A stretch of 22,546 nt of DNA from a bacterium. Lineage in GTDB: Bacteria; SAR324; NAC60-12. The DNA lies in contig CBDDTI010000373.1 of NCBI GenBank assembly GCA_965233585.1, forward strand, positions 1-22,546, in the 5' to 3' direction. The notes below the pieces were generated by a model that was not told the origin of the DNA, searched no databases, and saw only the letters and a program-made list of their open reading frames with translations. The translations under genes were made by a program, and so were the position numbers. Shown piece by piece: positions 19,901 through 22,546 of the stretch (position 1 is the stretch's first letter; the number at the start of each line of letters is the position of its first letter).

Positions 19901-22441
19901 AGATGGAGATATTGAGTAAGTTTTTTATTAATCTTTTTCCTAACTGTTTCTATTGTTGAATCGACCTGAACAATCTAAGAACCATTTACTAAGTTTATCA
20001 TTACGTTTGCTGACGTCAAATAAAAAACTCTACATGATACTTACAGCATCGTTATTCCGATCTCTTTCAATTCGTTTAAGGTTGCGGCGTTGAAAATGTC
20101 CTTCGCGTATTTGAATATAAAACCCAGAATAAGAGCAATTATAGCCATAAAGAGACCCATGACAACATTTCCTAGACAATAAAAATTAAGAAGATAGAGG
20201 TGAAAAGGCAGATAAAGATATGAAATACTCTGTATTGCTATTTGTCGACCAGCTTTAGTTTTACTCTCTCGGATCAGTCATCTCTGTCTAAGACTAGTGA
20301 TCTGCAATGAATTTACAAATCACAACATGTCGCGATAACAGACTTCAGTATCTTCATAATGATGATGATCTGGTGATGATAGTTATTCCACAAGTGCACT
20401 TTTTATAGCAGCCTTTAACGATTCGACGCATGTGCCAGACATGATGCGATCATAAAGGTCCGCTCTCTTTCGGAGCGACATGTCGTACACTATAATTTGT
20501 TTGGGGAGAGTGTTGATTTACTTGCCCTGCTGGCTTTTTCCCCTTCTGTTATTTCTTCTTTTTTTAACCGACGATAAGGGGGAGGGGGGCACACCGGGTC
20601 CTTCCCCTAGATCCGCCACTGAAAATGAAGAATCCAATATTAAACAACGAATTTTATTTATTCTTTAGCCCGAAAGATTTAATGGGGTCAATCTCTTTTG
20701 GAATGCACGATCTTTTTGCTTGCATCCAATAGACCACTTTTGATATATCAACAGCATGGCTTCGAAGCTTTCGGGTAAACATTGTAAACGTCATCAGCCC
20801 GCTTTTGATTGGATTGTACGTCATAGCTTGCACATGCGCCGAGAAGTGAAACCACTCCTTCGAAAAATAGCTACAGCTGTTGGATTGAACTAACAGAAAC
20901 CCTGTGGGAAAAACTGCACTCGAAAATGGCACTTCTTCCAAAACACGAATGCCTTTCTTACACGAACCGCATAGCCCTTCATTGTCGCCAGCACATGGAA
21001 AGACTGGAAATAAAAAAATATCTCTGGTTAACAATATAACAATATAACAATATCTGGTTAACAGTCTAAAATCCCCTTTCTTGTTACCGGCGGCACTAAA
21101 ACGATTAAGGTACAAACGATCCTCGCGTATGCCTCATAATCCTGAAGAAAGGCTGCTGATATCTTATGGTATACTTAAACTTTCGTTGAACACGAGATGT
21201 ACTTTACCAGTAAAAACATAGGCTATCTGATATCCAGAGAATCGAAGACTTCTTCCCTGCAAAATTAATAATTATTAGTAGCTTGAATGGAACACATTTT
21301 TTGTTAGCTGGGGTGAGAGAAACTTCTGAAACTAGAGAGGACAATTTCATTCTGTTCATGATTTCCGAAAATGTATCTTTTCAGTGGTACGTCATCAGCC
21401 GGCTTGGGACTTGAGTCTGCTGTTAGTTCTCGCCTTGCTCCGAGAGTCTTTCTCCGGGTACCCCTTTTTACCTCATTGACCGAAACTAACATCCCCAAAT
21501 TCCAATTTCACCGAGATATAAGACCCGCATGAAAACCAGCCAAGGCTGATGTGACTTCCTCTCTAAATATGGTCACTTTTTATTTGTCTTAGTTTTTCTT
21601 TATGCACCATAAATTGCTTTCAAGGGTGAATGTAAACCTACCACTAGCCGTGCAGGAGAAACAAACACATCTTGACAAAATGTCATCCGGCCTCGATACA
21701 GTTGAAAAACATGGTCTCTGAAAAAGACGAATGAACAACACACTTCACCGTCCAACCGGTGTCTGGAAGGTCATGGGTTCAACTCCCTTTGTATTTCGAC
21801 TTGAGAGCGCTTCTCCGTTATTTAATATACTCCACGTACATCACGGTTGGGAAAAGAGTCACACGGAGAACAACAAAACACCCTTATTTGAAATCGTATC
21901 GGACCTTGTTTTCTGAATTCTACAAGACTACGTACATTAATACATTTTTTGTATATTACTGTTATCATGCCAACTGATTTTGAGGTCAAAGTTCTGGTCA
22001 CTGATTAAACCAAAACAAAATTGTTTGAGAAGATTTTTTTTTTTCAAGATCATCGGTGTATCTTGAAGGTATTAATGCGGATGTTGGAATTCTTAATTAA
22101 ATTTTCAGTGTTTTCTCAGTTATCAATTAAAATTTCAACCCATTTCTCAGCAACCTGGACAAGACGTCGACGGAATAGTGACACAACCTAGCGAAAAAGA
22201 TAATGAATGCTCACCGATGGCATTTCATGAAATGCAGTAGAATTAGGATAGCGAAAAATGCAGCGACAATATATCCTCCCTGCAGAGAACCTGTAATAAT
22301 CAAACCAAACCAAATTTATTTGGACATTTTAAGCTCATAAAAACACTGTTGTGCTGCATCAGTGGCGGACGGATTACCTGACTAATTGACTCACTGATCA
22401 TGATGTTAGTAAAATGTTTAGTATATCCACGGTATCTCAGT
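16739..22441 (-). CDS. STRA6L: STRA6-like multi-pass membrane protein (retinol-binding protein receptor family), 3' nine coding exons; 5' part outside the window
   Basis: Exons (minus) 22441-22395, 22290-22215, 21717-21642, 21256-21208, 20171-20045, 19064-18957, 18513-18350, 17562-17437, 16920-16739 have GT-AG introns and compatible phases. The joined protein has STRA6 motifs QLYRG, SLRFSGYQIAY, DNKRLFSIMSYLFFFYNILLG..SCLVRI, SRIDRT, WDQAFVAYLGF..HSHPV..FCQLL and RWFLAVTLLRNPSL. Confidence 0.92.
17437..17562 (-). CDS. STRA6L: STRA6-like internal exon
   Basis: AFVAYLGFIHLLVAHSHPVMLMFCQLLINRNKNGNFQESLEQ; phase 1-1. Confidence 0.92.
17921..18244. mobile_element. Intronic non-autonomous DNA transposon with TTAA flanks (Kolobok-like)
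   Basis: TTAA|GGTGCCCC ... GGGCCACC|TTAA; purine-purine termini with a TTAA duplication. Confidence 0.65.
18350..18513 (-). CDS. STRA6L: STRA6-like internal exon
   Basis: RLFSIMSYLFFFYNILLGVFSCLVRILKGMFLGVVFLSRIDRTSMMQGFQTWDQ; phase 2-1. Confidence 0.93.
18957..19064 (-). CDS. STRA6L: STRA6-like internal exon
   Basis: PTVGMAISLWGFQLFLELFVFRDRDFPNINITVDN; phase 2-2. Confidence 0.9.
19278..19522. mobile_element. Intronic MITE
   Basis: GGGCCGGGTTGTTCAAAAGCCGCTTAACGTTAACCCAGGGTTA is mirrored by TAACCCTGGGTTAGCTTAATCGGGCTTTGAACAACCTGACCC. Confidence 0.75.
19607..19743. mobile_element. Intronic short MITE
   Basis: Perfect 15-bp TIR ATAGACCTTTATCAC / GTGATAAAGGTCTAT. Confidence 0.75.
19756..19892. 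repeat. Compound (GACT)/(GGCT) tetranucleotide microsatellite
   Basis: Directly visible tandem units, progressively degenerate. Confidence 0.85.
20045..20171 (-). CDS. STRA6L: STRA6-like internal exon (transmembrane)
   Basis: GNVVMGLFMAIIALILGFIFKYAKDIFNAATLNELKEIGITML; phase 1-2, GTAAGT donor. Confidence 0.9.
21208..21256 (-). CDS. STRA6L: STRA6-like internal exon
   Basis: GRSLRFSGYQIAYVFT; phase 0-1. Confidence 0.9.
21408..21588 (+). mobile_element. 5'-truncated SINE
   Basis: Central TTCTCGCCTTGCTCCGAGAGTCTTTCTCCGGGTACCCC and CCAAATTCCAATT, 3' GCTGATGTGACTTCCTCTCTAAATAT tail; resembles a common cnidarian SINE2 (from memory). Confidence 0.6.
21642..21717 (-). CDS. STRA6L: STRA6-like internal exon
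   Basis: DHVFQLYRGRMTFCQDVFVSPARLV; phase 2-0. Confidence 0.9.
22215..22290 (-). CDS. STRA6L: STRA6-like internal exon (transmembrane)
   Basis: SLQGGYIVAAFFAILILLHFMKCHR; GTGAGC donor; an alternative acceptor is possible 11 nt inside. Confidence 0.85.
22395..22441 (-). CDS. STRA6L: STRA6-like short internal exon
   Basis: TTTTTCTGCCATTCAG acceptor, LRYRGYTKHFTNIMI, GTGAGT donor; phase compatible with the next exon but no diagnostic motif. Confidence 0.65.
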
Positions 22442-22546
22442 CTGAATGGCAGAAAAACGATTATATCAATGAGGCGGGACACATACATACAGGAGGTTCG
22501 GCCCCTAAAGGGATTGAGCATTGGTATGACTTTATTTTTCGAATTC

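Noticed and set aside
20654..21115. 153-aa minus-strand ORF and an apparent acceptor at ~21003 as an extra STRA6-like exon
   Set aside because: The flanking exons already join in phase with continuous STRA6-like sequence, and this ORF overlaps a MITE remnant.

Overview
This is repeat-rich eukaryotic genomic DNA; its repeat families suggest a cnidarian, probably a stony coral (inference). The right third (16739-22441, minus strand) holds nine coding exons from the 3' half of a STRA6-like membrane protein gene, with consistent splice phases; the gene starts beyond the window. The left two thirds is a nest of transposons. An outer 12.6-kb element with terminal inverted repeats (TIRs) (1126-13769) is inserted in the (TTA)n tail of a SINE. 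It carries MITEs, SINEs, LINE and Penelope fragments, and an inner 3.8-kb DNA transposon (9377-13150; 30-bp TIRs, 9-bp target site duplication (TSD) GTCAGAGGT). The inner element encodes a decayed, spliced fusion gene: a FAM60A/SINHCAF-like (Sin3-HDAC-associated) module, a truncated DDE-type transposase-like domain, a Cys/His zinc-binding region and a herpes-tegument-like (peptidase C76-type) cysteine protease. This architecture is the most interesting signal. Two minimal hammerhead ribozyme motifs are also visible. All family assignments are by eye and from memory; no searches were run.
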